From positions 33,666,001-33,730,000 of the forward strand of contig OZ024745.1 in assembly GCA_964016885.1 (NCBI GenBank): a stretch of 64,000 nt of DNA. Reading direction: 5' to 3'. Shown piece after piece: positions 1-12,082 of this stretch. The stretch's first letter is position 1, and each line of letters begins with the position of its first letter. Position numbers and translations under genes: made by a program. Source of the DNA: Eledone cirrhosa (taxonomy: Eukaryota). A model generated the notes under the pieces. It did not search any database. It was not told the origin of the DNA and saw only the letters and a program-made list of their open reading frames with translations.

Positions 1-597
1 TCATCAATAACCGAGCTGCACGTTCCGTTATCTTTCTAGGACGACCAGAACTAATTAGAGGACAGATGGAATGATGAGATTTCCAGTGACGAATTATAGT
101 ACCAACTGAACTCAATGGCACATTTAACTGACAAGATATCTTTTTATAACCAACACCATTTGTATGAAGGTCTACAATGCGTTTACGGAGGTCTTGATCA
201 ATCAGTTTATTTTTCCCCATATTGTCAATGTTTACAGGACGGTTGTCAATGTTTACAGGATGGTTGTCAGGCAAATAATGACGTAATGTTTTTAATAGTC
301 CTTAGAAGTTACCTTAAACCTAATCTAGAACATTCTACTGAATTTTAAATCTAAAATTTTAAGAATTTTCTTGAAAAAAAGCGATAAATATAAAATGTGT
401 TATAAACTTTTGCGTTATAAAAATATTGATTTTTCTTCATTAGTTATTTCCTTGTTATTTTTAAAAAAAATATGATTGTATCATTAAATGCCTCATTATA
501 TGTTCTATCAGTAGTTAAATTTTCATTACCCTAACTTTATTAAAAATACCTGAAACTGCATTTTTCCTAATGTGTTGTAAACTTTTGTGGGGCACTG
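1..597 (-). mobile_element. 5' end of a Tc1-family DNA transposon (runs off the window)
   Basis: Minus-strand terminus TA|CAGTGCCCCACAAAAGT (TA target at 598-599), followed by a transposase start at 220. Confidence 0.85.
2..220 (-). CDS. Tc1/Sleeping Beauty-like transposase, N-terminal DNA-binding region (partial)
   Basis: Hand translation, not in the ORF track: MGKNKLIDQDLRKRIVDLHTNGVGYKKISCQLNVPLSSVGTIIRHWKSHHSICPLISSGRPRKITERAARLLM. Paired-like HTH followed by a GRPRK motif, with no stops. Confidence 0.88.
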   Translation of the reverse strand, partial: MGKNKLIDQDLRKRIVDLHTNGVGYKKISCQLNVPLSSVGTIIRHWKSHHSICPLISSGRPRKITERAARLLM

Positions 598-734
598 TAT
601 ATATATATATAAGCAAAGAGATATTTGGTTATTCAACAAATTTATTTATAACAGATTCGAAGCACTCTACAGATTTTCTGGAGTATAATATCAATGATAT
701 TAATAAATGGAAACTATATTTATAAAACCATATT

Positions 735-795
735 TATTTTATTATATATATTTCAAGGGTACCAACATTTTGGTACGCTCACATCAGATAAAATA
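735..795 (-). ncRNA. Minimal type I hammerhead ribozyme with a core mutation (CUGAUGU)
   Basis: Minus strand: tattttat-CTGATGT-gagcgtaccaaaatgttggtaccctt-GAAA-tatatata-ataaaata. Stems I and II pair; conserved A9 is replaced by U. Confidence 0.75.
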
Positions 796-2101
796 CAAAA
801 TTTGTTTTATAAATGGTGACATACCCAAGAAACCAGACCTTATCAGTTCAGGTTCAGTTTGGATAGTGAAAGAAAAATTTCAAATCTTTAGGATGAATAT
901 GTAAATGAGGTTGAAACATAAGGCTGAAAAAAGATCGTTATATGAATTTAAATAATTATTAGGATAATTTATAAATGGAAGAAGTAAAAAAAGAAAAAAA
1001 GAGGCTAATATTAATACTATGGTGTAAAAAAATTTAAGGAATAATTATAAGAAAAAATTATAGTTAGAAACACACTATTATTATTAAGATAAAATTGTAT
1101 GGTGTAAAGAGAGTGATATAATTATATTTAATTATTTAATTATATAATCATATATTTTGGTAGTATCTATAAAATAATATGAGAGTTAAGAATGTGTTGA
1201 AGTGGTAGAATACCAATTTAAAATTTCTTTTAAAAATTGAAATATACAACAAATTATTGGATCTATTCAAATCATAAGTTGTAATATTATATAGTTAATA
1301 TTTATAAGTATATTTTAGTTTATTATATTACAACGGGTTATTTATATAAATATTTTTGGTGAGTATATGTTGTTGTTTTCACTAGATAGATAAATTAAAT
1401 ATTTTCATATATGTTATATATGTTAAGAGTTATGAAGAATTTTGTGTTTACATTTTCAATATATAGTTAAGAAAAGGGCGTAGTTATAAATTTTATTTGA
1501 GAAGATTATTTTGTACATTCAGATAGTTCAATCAAGATAGAAAACATTTGCAAAAAAATTTATTAAGTCAACGAAAATAAATATTTATGTAAAGTTTGGT
1601 TGTTACGTAGAAGGAATGTTTAAGCGTGTTACATTATAAAGGAAAATATAACTCCAATGTTTCTTAGTTAAAATAATTATGTTACATTTGTCATTTAATT
1701 CTAGAATTTACTTTTAAAGAAATATACAATTAAGATATTTGCGGAATATAAGAAAAAAAATTTAATATATTATTTTGTATATGATTATAAGGTATTTTAT
1801 ATTAGATGTTTTCAAAGATGAGAATTCTTTTATATATGTATTTAGATAGTATTAACTACATTAATGCATGTGTTTAATTCTATATAGTGAAAAAATATTA
1901 TTACAGACATCATAAGTATATTTAGAAACATTATCAAAATTATCCCCAAAAAGATATATTTCAAAATATCATTGAAAACCATTAAAAAGAATATCATTTG
2001 AAAAATATTAAATAAAAAGAAAAATATCATTTAAAAATCACCACAAAATCTCGACAAAAACATAATGAAGACATATAAAATGTAAACAAGTGAAATATAT
2101 T

Positions 2102-4080
2102 CTATAGATTAAAGATACTTCTGAAAGTCATTCTTTGGCGATGTCTACCAGAACTGAATAATTCTTTCTTTTTGTTAATAGTTTTGGCAGGTAAGTAAAT
2201 AAAATATTTCTTCAATACACAAATGACAAATTCTTGAGAGAGCCATATTTCGGTATGCAGGCGCTTCCGAAATCGTTCCCCAAGAGATTGAATAGTCAAT
2301 ATTATTGTCTTTTAAGTACCAAATTAGATGTGAAAGTGATGTAGAACATTTTTTATCGGATCTATTAAAAGTATGTTTGTGATTATACCAGCGATCTTTA
2401 AATTTTGTAGACGTGGCTCCTATATAGTTATATATTTTATCTCTAGTTTTTACTGTGGATTTGTATACTAAGTTTTTATCTAGGCAATTATTCTGTAAAG
2501 GGCAATTTGATTCGTCTCTACAGTTACATTTTCCAGAGTTATTGTTACTATGAACAGTACTATTATTATTAGTATTAATACTGTTATTAGTAATATTAAT
2601 ATTGTTATCTTGGTTTATTTGGTTTGGGTTTAAATTTAAGTTTCTATTATTAATTCTATTTATATTTTGTGATATGTTCATCGTAGTAGAGTAAGATAGT
2701 TTAATAGTATGTCTGTTAAAAATAGAATGGTAGTATGTCTGTTAAAAATAGAATGATTTAGGAAAACATTTATCTAATGCTTTGAAAAATAGGTTTGCTA
2801 CAGGTGTTTTAACGCCTATCGAGAATGGGGGAGAGTACCAAATAATATTTCTAGTTCTAGTTCTTTTGTTTGATTTACTATTTATGTTAAATTGCTTATT
2901 ATTATTATAGTGAATTTTAGGATGATTTTGCATGTTATTGTTATCTAAGTATTTAATTTTGCTTGTGTAGCCAGCTCTATGTAAAGCATCATTGTAATAT
3001 TCTGCCTTGTTATCAAAAATATTTTTATTAGCTGAAATGCGTGAAATTCGTTGCTGGACACTATTGACAATATTATTTTTTACATTTCTAGGATGGTTAG
3101 AGTGGAAGCTTACATAGTTTAGGTTTTCATTAATCTTATGGAACGGGTGATATAGACCTGAGCTAAGGTTTAAAGTTACATCTAAGAAGTTAACAGTTTT
3201 ATTATTATTCTCAAGTTCTAATTTAAGGTTATAATTATTGAAAAATTCTATGATAGATTTCTTTTTTCTGTTAAGTTCGCTATTGTTATGGTTTTCGACT
3301 ATAAGTAACATATCGTCGCGGTATAAACCTCCGGCTATCTCTGGCATTTTTCTATATAGTACATTAAGAATAAATATACCAACGAGGTCTGTTACTTGAG
3401 CTGAGTCAGATGATCCCATTGTGATGTTGAAATTGTTCTGTCTGTCAGCCCTTGTCCAGAGATGGTTATTAAATTGAATTAGGGTTTTGCGTGCGGTTAA
3501 AATATTTATTTCTTCACTAGATAAGTCCATATATTTTGAAGCATAAATAAGTGCCTTATTAAATAAGTTAGGGGTAATTGAGGAGTAGTAATTAGCAATA
3601 TCCATTTGTATAAATTTTTTCTTATGTTTTAATTTAATGTCTACAAACCAATCTATTACTTCATTTGTACCGTTCCATAGTTTAAGGTGTGATTTTTGCT
3701 TAAGTACTAGTATATGTTTGCTAATTATGCCTAAATCTGATTTAGTTGGTGCGATAAGTCTAACTGGTAGTTCAACTTCGAAGTTTCTTTTGTGGTCTTT
3801 CATATTAATCTTTGGTTTCCTAGGTATAAAAGGTTCTATCTTATTTTGAATGCCTAATTTATAAATAATTTCCGTAGCTTCTTTATTTAGGGTTGATAGA
3901 TCTTCATTTGAGGTTTTTTTATAGTTTTTCCTAAGTTCATTCAATATCAAATTATTATAAGCCTCCTTTTCTATACCGTATAAGTTATTGGTTTTGTCCG
4001 ATTTTACAAGGATCTTCTTTGCTTTTTCCAGATAGTCTATTTTGTTTTTGAGGCCTTTGAGGTATTCTTGGCCTATAAAT
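2102..4080 (-). pseudogene. PLE reverse transcriptase-GIY-YIG polyprotein, frameshifted
   Basis: ORFs 2742-3950 (frame extends upstream through KSDKTNNLY), 2175-2681 and the end of 2102-2299. Motifs: MDIANYYSSI, MGSSDSAQV, GLYRDD, NFLDVTLNL, CNCRx4CPLx3C, LVY..YIG, CHLC. A ~26-bp duplication at ~2705-2756 and a frameshift near 2190 disrupt it. Confidence 0.9.
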
Positions 4081-4743
4081 TAAGGTCTGGTTTCCAGGAA
4101 TACCTTAAAGGCCTCAAAAACAAAATAGACAATCTGGAAAAAACAAAGAAGATCCTTGTAAAATCAGACAAAACCAATAACTTATACGGTATAGACAAAA
4201 TAATCTGAATGTACAAAATAATCTTCTCAAATAAAATTTATAACTACGTCCTTTTCTTAACTATATATTGGAAATGTAAACACAAAATTCTTCGTAACCC
4301 TTAACATACATAACATATAAAAATATTTAATTTATCTATCTAGTGAAAATAACAATATATATACTCACCAAAAATATTTATATAAATAACCCGTTGTAAT
4401 ATAATAATCTAAAATATACTTACAACCTTAAAATATACTTATAAATATTATCTATATAATATTATAACTCATGATTTGAATAGATCCAATAATGTGTTGT
4501 ATATCTCAATTTTTAAAAGAAATTTTAAATTGGTATTCTACCACTTCAACACATTCTTAACTCTCATATTATTTTATAGATACTACCAAAATATATGATT
4601 ATATAATTAAATAATTAAATATAATTATATCACTCTCTTTACACCATCATTGATATGATCCATACAATTTTATCTTAATAATAATAGTGTATTTCTAAAT
4701 ATAATTTTTTCTTATAATTATTCCTTAAATTTTCTTACACCAA

Positions 4744-5699
4744 AGCAAGCAGCAAACAGCCACAGGAAACAAGTACCATCAATCTCTGGGAGGGCTCTGT
4801 AGAAACAGTAGACAGCTTCTGCTACCTAGGTGACCGAATTAGCAGCGGAAGTGGGTGTTCAGAAAGTACAATAACTAGGGTAAGAACGGGATGGAAGAAG
4901 TTCAGGGAACTACTGCCACTGCTAGCTGCAAAAGGCTTCTCCCTCAAAATGAAAGGCAGACTGTTTGATGCGTGTATCCGAACAGCAATGTTACATGGTA
5001 GTGAGCCCTGGGCACTGAAGGTGGAAGACTTACGTAGATTAGAAAGAAACAAAGCCTGCATGCTCCGATGGATGTGTAATAGTAATATACGCGAACGACA
5101 AAGCATAAATGAATTGAGAGAGAGATTGAGCATAAGAGGAATCAAATGCTGTGTGCAGGAGAGACGGTTGCGTTGGTATAGACATGTGATGCGTATGAAG
5201 GATGACAGCTGCATTAAAAGGTGCAGAGAACTAGAAGTCAATGGAAACAGTGGAGTGGGCAGACCCAAGAAGACCTGGGATGAGGTGATAAAAGCCGACC
5301 TTACCCAATTACACCTCTCAAAGGCGATGACACAAGACCGTGACCTCTGGCGTCACGCAGTAATACAGAGTACCCGACCTCCCATGGGTACAAGCTGAAG
5401 CATATAGACAATATGCCCCCACACCCTCCCACTGCAAGGTGGTTGTGGAGGTGCCACGGCAAAAAAGCACCCAGCCCACACTGTAAAGTGGACGTGTAGG
5501 CGCCACGGAAAAAGCACCCAGCACTCACTGTAAATGAGGTTGGTGTTGGGAAGGGCATCCAGCTGTAGAAATCAAGCCAAAATCAGTTCCTGTATGAGCA
5601 AGGCATGGTCAGCCGACCAGACACTGCCCACAACAGGACAACCCGTCTAACCCATGCTAGCATGGAAGAACGGACGTAAAACGGTGATGATGATGATGA
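4744..5699 (+). mobile_element. RTE-clade LINE, 3' fragment
   Basis: ORF 4949-5398 (RRLRWYRHVMRM, GRPKKTWDEVI), 3' UTR and (GAT)n tail. Confidence 0.9.
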
Positions 5700-5926
5700 C
5701 CCTAATATTAATATTGGCCTCTTTTTTTTTCCTTCCATTTATAAATTATCCTAATAATTATTTAAATTTATCTAGCATCTAAATATAACAATCTTTTTTC
5801 AGCCTTACGTTTCATTTACATATTCATCCTAAAGATTTGAAATTTTTCTTTCCCTATCCAAACTGAACCTTTAACCGATAAGGTCTGGTTTCTTGTGTAT
5901 GTCACCAATTTATAAAACAGATTTTG

Positions 5927-5971
5927 TATTTTATCTGATGAGAGCGTACCAAAATTTTGGTACCCTTGAAA
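5927..5971 (+). ncRNA. Hammerhead ribozyme, 5' part, split by a Helitron (remainder at 6530-6543)
   Basis: tattttat-CTGATGA-gagcgtaccaaaattttggtaccctt-GAAA, then the Helitron, then tatatataataaa. Confidence 0.8.
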
Positions 5972-6529
5972 TCTAAACTGTAATAAAGTAAGAAGTGCAG
6001 GACTGCATACGGTTTATAATTTTTTATCCCATTAGTAAAATAAGTTGCATTACTTTGAATAAATAATGAATGAATATTACATAATTTATCTACTAAATTT
6101 TGTGGCTGTTGATTAAATATATTTTGTTTATTTAAAGATTCACTTCTTTAAAATTTCTGAAATGTCAACACTTCTGGTTGGCCATCGCTTAAATAAACAT
6201 ACTAATTTTCTCCTAATGCAGTTTATATATAATATCGTCTTTTTTAATGTATCATGGATTACGTTACTGATTAAATAAGACAGTGTAACGCAGTCTTCGT
6301 TCAATTTCTATGTATTATATATTGTTAATTATGATTTTATTTGATGTATATAAGGTTAACGTATGTTGATGCCCTAAAGACAGACTCTGGTCAGTTGGAG
6401 ACGCAGGACATGGCAGCGATAATGAGGAACAGAGACCGCTGGAGAGAACTTGTCCATAGATCTCAGGAATTTTACCCGCCCTAGATAGATACCTGCGTAT
6501 AATATCAATATGCACACTACACGTGCTAG
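5972..6529 (+). mobile_element. Non-autonomous Helitron
   Basis: A|TCTAAACTGTAATAAAG ... GTGCTAG|T: inserted between A and T with no TSD. Homologous to the reverse complement of 33654-34529. Confidence 0.8.
6354..6491 (+). mobile_element. Short 3' end of a different RTE-like LINE inside the Helitron
   Basis: Translates RLTYVDALKTDSGQLETQDMAAIMRNRDRWRELVHRSQEFYPP* followed by a tagatagata tail. Absent from the other Helitron copy. Confidence 0.6.
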
Positions 6530-6543
6530 TATATATAATAAAC

Positions 6544-7446
6544 GGCCACAGGAAACAAGCTCCACCAAAGTCTGGGAGGGCTCTGTAGAAACAGTAGACA
6601 GCTTCTGCTACCTAGGTGACCGAATTAGCAGTGGAGGTGGGTGTTCGTAAAGTACTAGGGTAAGAACAGGATGGAAGAAGTTCAGGGAGCTACTGCCTCT
6701 GCTAGCTGCAAAAGGCTTTTCCCTCAAAAATGAAAGGCAGACTGTAAGATGTGTGTATATGAACAGCAATGTTACATGGTAGTGAGACCTGGGCGCTGTC
6801 TGTAGATTACAAAGAAACGAAGCTTGCAAGCTTTGATGGATGTGTAATAGTAATATACGTGAACGGCAAAGCATAAACGAATTGAGAGAGAGACTGAGCA
6901 TAAGAGGAATCAAATGCTGTGTGCAGGAGAGGAGGTTGCGTTGGTATGGACATGTGATACGTATGAAGGATGACAGCTGCATAAAAAGGTGTAGAGCACT
7001 AGAAGTCGATGGAAGCCGCGGAGTAGGGAGACCCAAGAAAACCTGGGATGAGGTGATAAAAGCCGAATTTACCCAATTGCACCTCTCATGACACACGACC
7101 GTGACCTCTGGCGTCACGCAGTAATACAGAAGACCCGACTTCCCACAGGTACAAGCCGAAGCTTAAGCATATAGGCAATATGCAAAGTGGTAATGTAGGT
7201 GCCACGGCAAAAAAGCACCCAGCCCAGACTGTAAAGTGGATGTGTAGGCGCCATGAAAAAAAGCACCCAGCACTCACCATAAATGAGGTTGGTGTTAGGA
7301 AGGGCATCCAGCTGTAGAAATCAAGCCAGAATCAGTTCCCGTATGAGCTAGACATGGTCAGCCGACCGGACACTGCCCACAACAGGACAACCCATCTAAC
7401 CCATGCTAGCGTGGAAGAACGGACGTAAATTGGTGATGATGATGAT
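6544..7446 (+). mobile_element. RTE LINE 3' fragment (degenerate)
   Basis: Close paralog of 4744-5699; ORF 6840-7091; (GAT)n tail. Confidence 0.9.
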
Positions 7447-7701
7447 ATATATATGCAATTATGTATTAATATTTTTAAAATATCTATTTATATCTATTTA
7501 TTATTTCTTTCTTCGTTTTTCTGTGTGTATGCCATCATAGAAAGTATAATGATAACAGTGATGATATCTCTCTATATATATATTACACACACACAGACAT
7601 ATATATATAGATGGAATTAATTGATGATATGTATATATATATACATATCATCAATTAATTCCATCTTTTCCTGCTAGCAAGGGTAGGATGGGTCATTATT
7701 A

Positions 7702-8018
7702 ACCCGCCGAGTTTAACTTTGCCTTTCATCCTTACGGGGTCGATAAAATAAAGTACCAGTAATGCACTGGGTAATTGTTGGCCTTGTGCCAAAAGTAGAA
7801 AGAATTATTATCAATACTCTGCAGAGTGGTGGATTGGCAGTATCGGTAGAGGATCTGACGCCATGCTTTGCAGCAAAGAGTTACGGCCCTTTATGGTCTG
7901 AGTTCAAACCCCGCTGAGGTTAACTTTGCCTTCCATCCTTATGGGGTCGATAAAATAAAGCACCAATAATACACTGGGATAATTGCTGGCCTTGTGCCAA
8001 AAGTAAAAACAATTATTA
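7702..8018 (+). mobile_element. tRNA-derived SINE (7826-8018) next to a truncated copy (7702-7810)
   Basis: A-box TGGCAGTATCGG and B-box GAGTTCAAACCC; flanking duplication aattattatcaatactctgc. Confidence 0.8.
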
Positions 8019-8143
8019 TCAATACTCTGCTTATACAACACCACATACTATACTAAAATGGACGCACCTAAGCATTGAGTACTCAAGTTAGTAAAACAAT
8101 AATAAAGTTACAACCCATTACACTCTATAAATAAATAAATAAA

Positions 8144-8174
<31 letters not shown>

Positions 8175-8560
8175 GCGTGTGTGTGAGACGTTCTTTTCTG
8201 CTGTTGGCACCAGCTATCCTGAGGGAAACTTTGGAAGGAACTAGCTACTTGATGGCTTTATTGTTCTTTCGCCCCTACACCCAGTTCCAATGATCGATTT
8301 GCACGTCAGAGGTACTTTGGACTTCCACCAGAGTTTTCTCTGCCTTCGTCCTGACCAGGTGTGGATTGCCATCTTTCATATATGTACATATTTATACACC
8401 CCTTTTCACACATCTACTTTATCTAGCATGCTTCATCCTATACATTCATGTCATTTTGTGATTTCTGTATTAAGCACTTTTCAAACTCACATCACCACTG
8501 TACAATCATAACTACTATCACTATAGCTACTACTAATACTGTGAATTGCTGCTACTGCTA

Positions 8561-8860
8561 CAAAATATGTTTTATAAATGTTGACATACCTGTAGAAATC
8601 GACCTTGACGGTTGAAGGTTGTTTTTCTACGGGTATGTCAACATTTATAAAAGATATTTTGTATTTTATCTGATGAAAGTGCACGAAAATTTCCTTGGTT
8701 GCCCTTGAAATATATATAATAAAATAATTATGGTTTTATAAATATAGTTTCCACTTATTAATATATTGAATATTTACTCCAGTTAACTGTTGAGTGCTTT
8801 ATATCAGTTATAAAACTTCTAAGCTTGTTGAATCCCAACAAATTAAATATAACTTCTGCA
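8561..8860 (+). mobile_element. Solo PLE terminal module with a 5' fold-back
   Basis: Homologous to 612-830 and 61180-61420. Near-perfect hairpin at 8561-8661; ends at (TA)n. Confidence 0.8.
8662..8726 (+). ncRNA. Minimal type I hammerhead ribozyme
   Basis: tattttat-CTGATGA-aagtgcac...gttgccctt-GAAA-tatatATA-ataaaata. Intact core, perfect 8-bp stem I, predicted cleavage after 8718. Confidence 0.85.
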
Positions 8861-9009
8861 TATATATATATATATATTAGAATCCTTTCTTAAGTATGAT
8901 CGCAATGATATCTGATGTATATAGCTTTTATTGTAGAGGTTATAGTTGTATAAGGGATATGGTATAATTAATATTCGGTATAAATACAGTGGTACACATA
9001 TATGTGTGT

Positions 9010-9765
9010 ATCATCATCATCACCATTTTACTTCCGCTCTTCCACGCTAGCATGGGTTAGGCGGGTTGTCCTGTTGTGGGCAGTAGCCGGTTGGCTGACC
9101 ATGCCTTGCTCATACGGGAACTGATTCTGGCTTGATTTCTACAGCAGATGCCCTTCCTAACACCAACCTCATTTACAGTGAGTGCTGGGTGCTTTTTTTC
9201 TGTGGTGCCTACATGTCCACTTTACAGTGTGAGCTGGGTGCTTTTTTGCTGTGGCACCTCCACGATCACTTTGCAATGGGAGGGTGTGGGGGCATATTGT
9301 CTGTATGCTTCAGCTTCAGCTTATCATCATCATTTAATGTCTGCTCCTCCATGCCAGCATGGGAAGTTCCTCCATATTTATGGACTACCAAGATCACTAG
9401 TATATCACCATCATCATCATTTTACGTCCACTTTTCCCTGCTTGCAAGGGTGGGACAGCTCCTATTCAGCACAGCATCTTTTCACTTGTCACAGTCCTTC
9501 GTCATCTCCACCGTGAGCTTCAGCGATCTGAGGTCTGCTCTCACCACCTCCACCCATGTTTTTTGTGGTTTTCCTCTACTATGTCTTCCTTCAACTGGCA
9601 TTTCTTGGCACTTCTTTACCCAGCGGTCATCCTCCATGCGCATCACATGTCCATACCATCGCAGTTTCCTCTCCCGCACACTACAACTTATCCCTCTTAA
9701 ACACAGTTTCTCTCTCAACACATCCATGCTTGGCCGTTCACGCACATTGACATTGCACATCCATA
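9010..9765 (-). mobile_element. RTE LINE 3' fragments (two families)
   Basis: 3' UTR copy at 9010-9320; ORF 9482-9760 (RKLRWYGHVMRM) with a (GAT)n tail. Confidence 0.8.
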
Positions 9766-10344
9766 TATATAAATATATATATATATATCATACCTTGAAT
9801 TTACCCACCAACATTTCGGTCAACTTGACTTTCCTCTTTTGAGAAAACTCATGTGATGACACAGGTGAATTTACTACAATAGTAGAATGCCTAAATGTCT
9901 ACTGGCAGAATCACGTTGGATAATACGGAACAAAGACTGCCAATGAAGGAAACTCTGCTCCATCACACAAGTGCATTTATGATTTGCATATGCATTTCAC
10001 AACTCATGGTGTAGCTTCCCAGAGTCCCAAAAATCTATCGGAGATTTTTATCGACTTCTATTTATTCCTATCTACTCTTAGTTAATCCACAAGCTGACCT
10101 TCATTGAGAGGCAATTCTATGATATCTATGTGGTGAGTGTAGCAACAGCAGTATTTCAATATGGGTACTTTGTGAGCTTTCAGTGGCAAATTAGCAGAAT
10201 CATTAGGATGTTGGATTAAATGCATCCATATTTGTTCCATCTCATTGTGCTGTGAGGTCAAATCCCACTGAGGCGGATTTGGTTTTCATTCATTTCGGGT
10301 AGTAAATTAAGCAGCTGTTCTCCTACTGTGGACTGAAAGATTTG

Positions 10345-10610
10345 TTAAAGAGTCGTAGTGTAAGATTTACGATCATGTTGTGGGTTCAATTTCTGGACTG
10401 GGTTGTGTGTTGTGTTCTGGAGCAAAGCACTTCATTTCACGTTGCTCCAGTGTACTTAGCTGAAAATGAGTACCAGCAACAGCTGAGGGTTTAACCCTGA
10501 GATGGACTGGCATCCTGTCTAGAGGGAGTTTTGTGCCCTCAGTCACTTCATACTACGGAAACTGGGATAAGCACTGGCCTGATGAGCCTCATGACAGACT
10601 TTAGACCTTT
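10345..10610 (+). mobile_element. Second SINE family (also ~14960-15100, ~41925-42180, ~50145-50250, ~59105-59230 minus)
   Basis: tRNA-like head (GGTTCAATT) followed by a shared core tgtgttcttgagcaagacactt...ttgctccagt. Confidence 0.6.
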
Positions 10611-12082
10611 TTAGATGATGCTTTGCAGTATCTAATCCGTGTCTATGTGTTGAGTTTAAATCCTGCCACTTTCTGCCAGAAAATATAACCAGCAGATAGT
10701 TTGAGGGTATCAGCAATGAAAGACCAATGGAAACATTGTTTCCTTGTTGTGATCTGATGATTTGGTTTCTTTCCTTTTTCTTGAGCTTTGTAAATAGTCA
10801 GTAGCTGTTCAGAACTGAAATAATTGGCCCTGAAGAGGAAGACAAATCTTTGGGACACAGTTTCAGCTACATTATGAATGAGTGTGTGAATGTGTGTGTG
10901 GAAGTCACCAGGAATGACCATCACTATCCTATTTCAACTATTTAATAAAAAAAATTTACTAAAATTTTGATTATTTCATTAATAAGGTAGTAACTTAACA
11001 TGTTGGAAGACTTTAATTTAAATAGAAACCCTTTAAAATAGGCAATTTTGTTTTACAGAACCAGAGCTGGTTTAAGCCAGGTTGGTATCAAGGATTAAGG
11101 AGGTATGAAATATGCTAACACCTGTGCTAGAGATGACAGTTTTGAAGAGCAGAGTTTTATATATATATTTTAAATCTATTTACCCCCACCCCACCCACGT
11201 CCTAAAAGTGAATGCCAGATTGATGAAATCAATATGGTTTCTGTCAACCTGAAATCCTTGCAGGTCAGTGTTTGACATGAAGAAATATGTGGGTAGGGAC
11301 TACTTAGAAAGCTATATGAACTGATTTCATATGAAATTTACTTAAAATTTGTGCAAAGATGTGTATCCCAGTTTTTAGAATAGGTACATCATATCTTTAC
11401 ATTTCCTTAGGGTTGGTGCTGGGAGTGGCATCTAGCTTTAAAACACTGCCTCACATGTCAATCTAATCTATGCTAGCATAGAAAGTAATTTTCATTATCA
11501 TCATCATCATAGTGTAATGTCCATTTTACCAGGCTAGCATAGGTTGAATGGGTTGTCAAAAACCAAGTAAGTACTTAACTGGAGCTACAGTCTTCTCAGA
11601 AGAGCTGGTGGCCATTTCTTCCATATTTCCCAGTTTTGGTATGATTACTACAGCTGGATACCCTTCCTATATCCAACTCCTTTACAAAGTATACTGGGTG
11701 CATTTTATCATGGCACCAGCTCCAGAGAGTTTGTCATGTCTCATGTGAAAAACAATGATGATGATGATAATGATGATGATATGAAAAAAATGGAAAATGA
11801 AATTTACAGCGCACATCTATGTAGGTTAAGATGGCCTCCTATGAGGCTGCAACTTATATGAATTTTCTCGGGTGCTTTAATGATAGGGGCCACAACCCTA
11901 CCCTGAATAACAACATAAAATTAAGTGTCTGCCTCAACAACACTTATTGCTTGTTTCCAGAATCAAACCCATGACTTTATAATCACAAGGCCATGTACCG
12001 TCACCATGATGATGATGATGATGATGATGAAATAAAGAATGATATCTAACTGCCAGACAGATATGAGAAGGACCCAAGTTAC

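Larger units (their letters stand above)
612..4080 (-). mobile_element. Penelope-like retroelement (Naiad type), 5'-truncated and defective
   Basis: RT plus GIY-YIG ORF pieces, a long AT-rich 3' region, and a terminal module with a hammerhead ending at a (TA)n tract. Confidence 0.85.
4097..6543 (+). repeat. Inverted duplication of the PLE (inverted pseudo-LTR), interrupted by RTE and Helitron insertions
   Basis: 4097-4197 is the reverse complement of ~3971-4070. 4198-4742, 5703-5971 and 6530-6543 together are the reverse complement of ~738-1525. Confidence 0.85.

Noticed and set aside
960-2100. Second ORF in the PLE 3' region
   Set aside because: The frames checked by hand are closed by stops, and the ORF track shows only a short low-complexity ORF.
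7826-7920. tRNA genes (A/B boxes here and in many other copies)
   Set aside because: No proper cloverleaf, and each is followed by the same SINE body.
10578-10605. CTGATGAGCC (also at ~42150) as a hammerhead
   Set aside because: No GAAA core or stem III follows; it is part of a SINE body.
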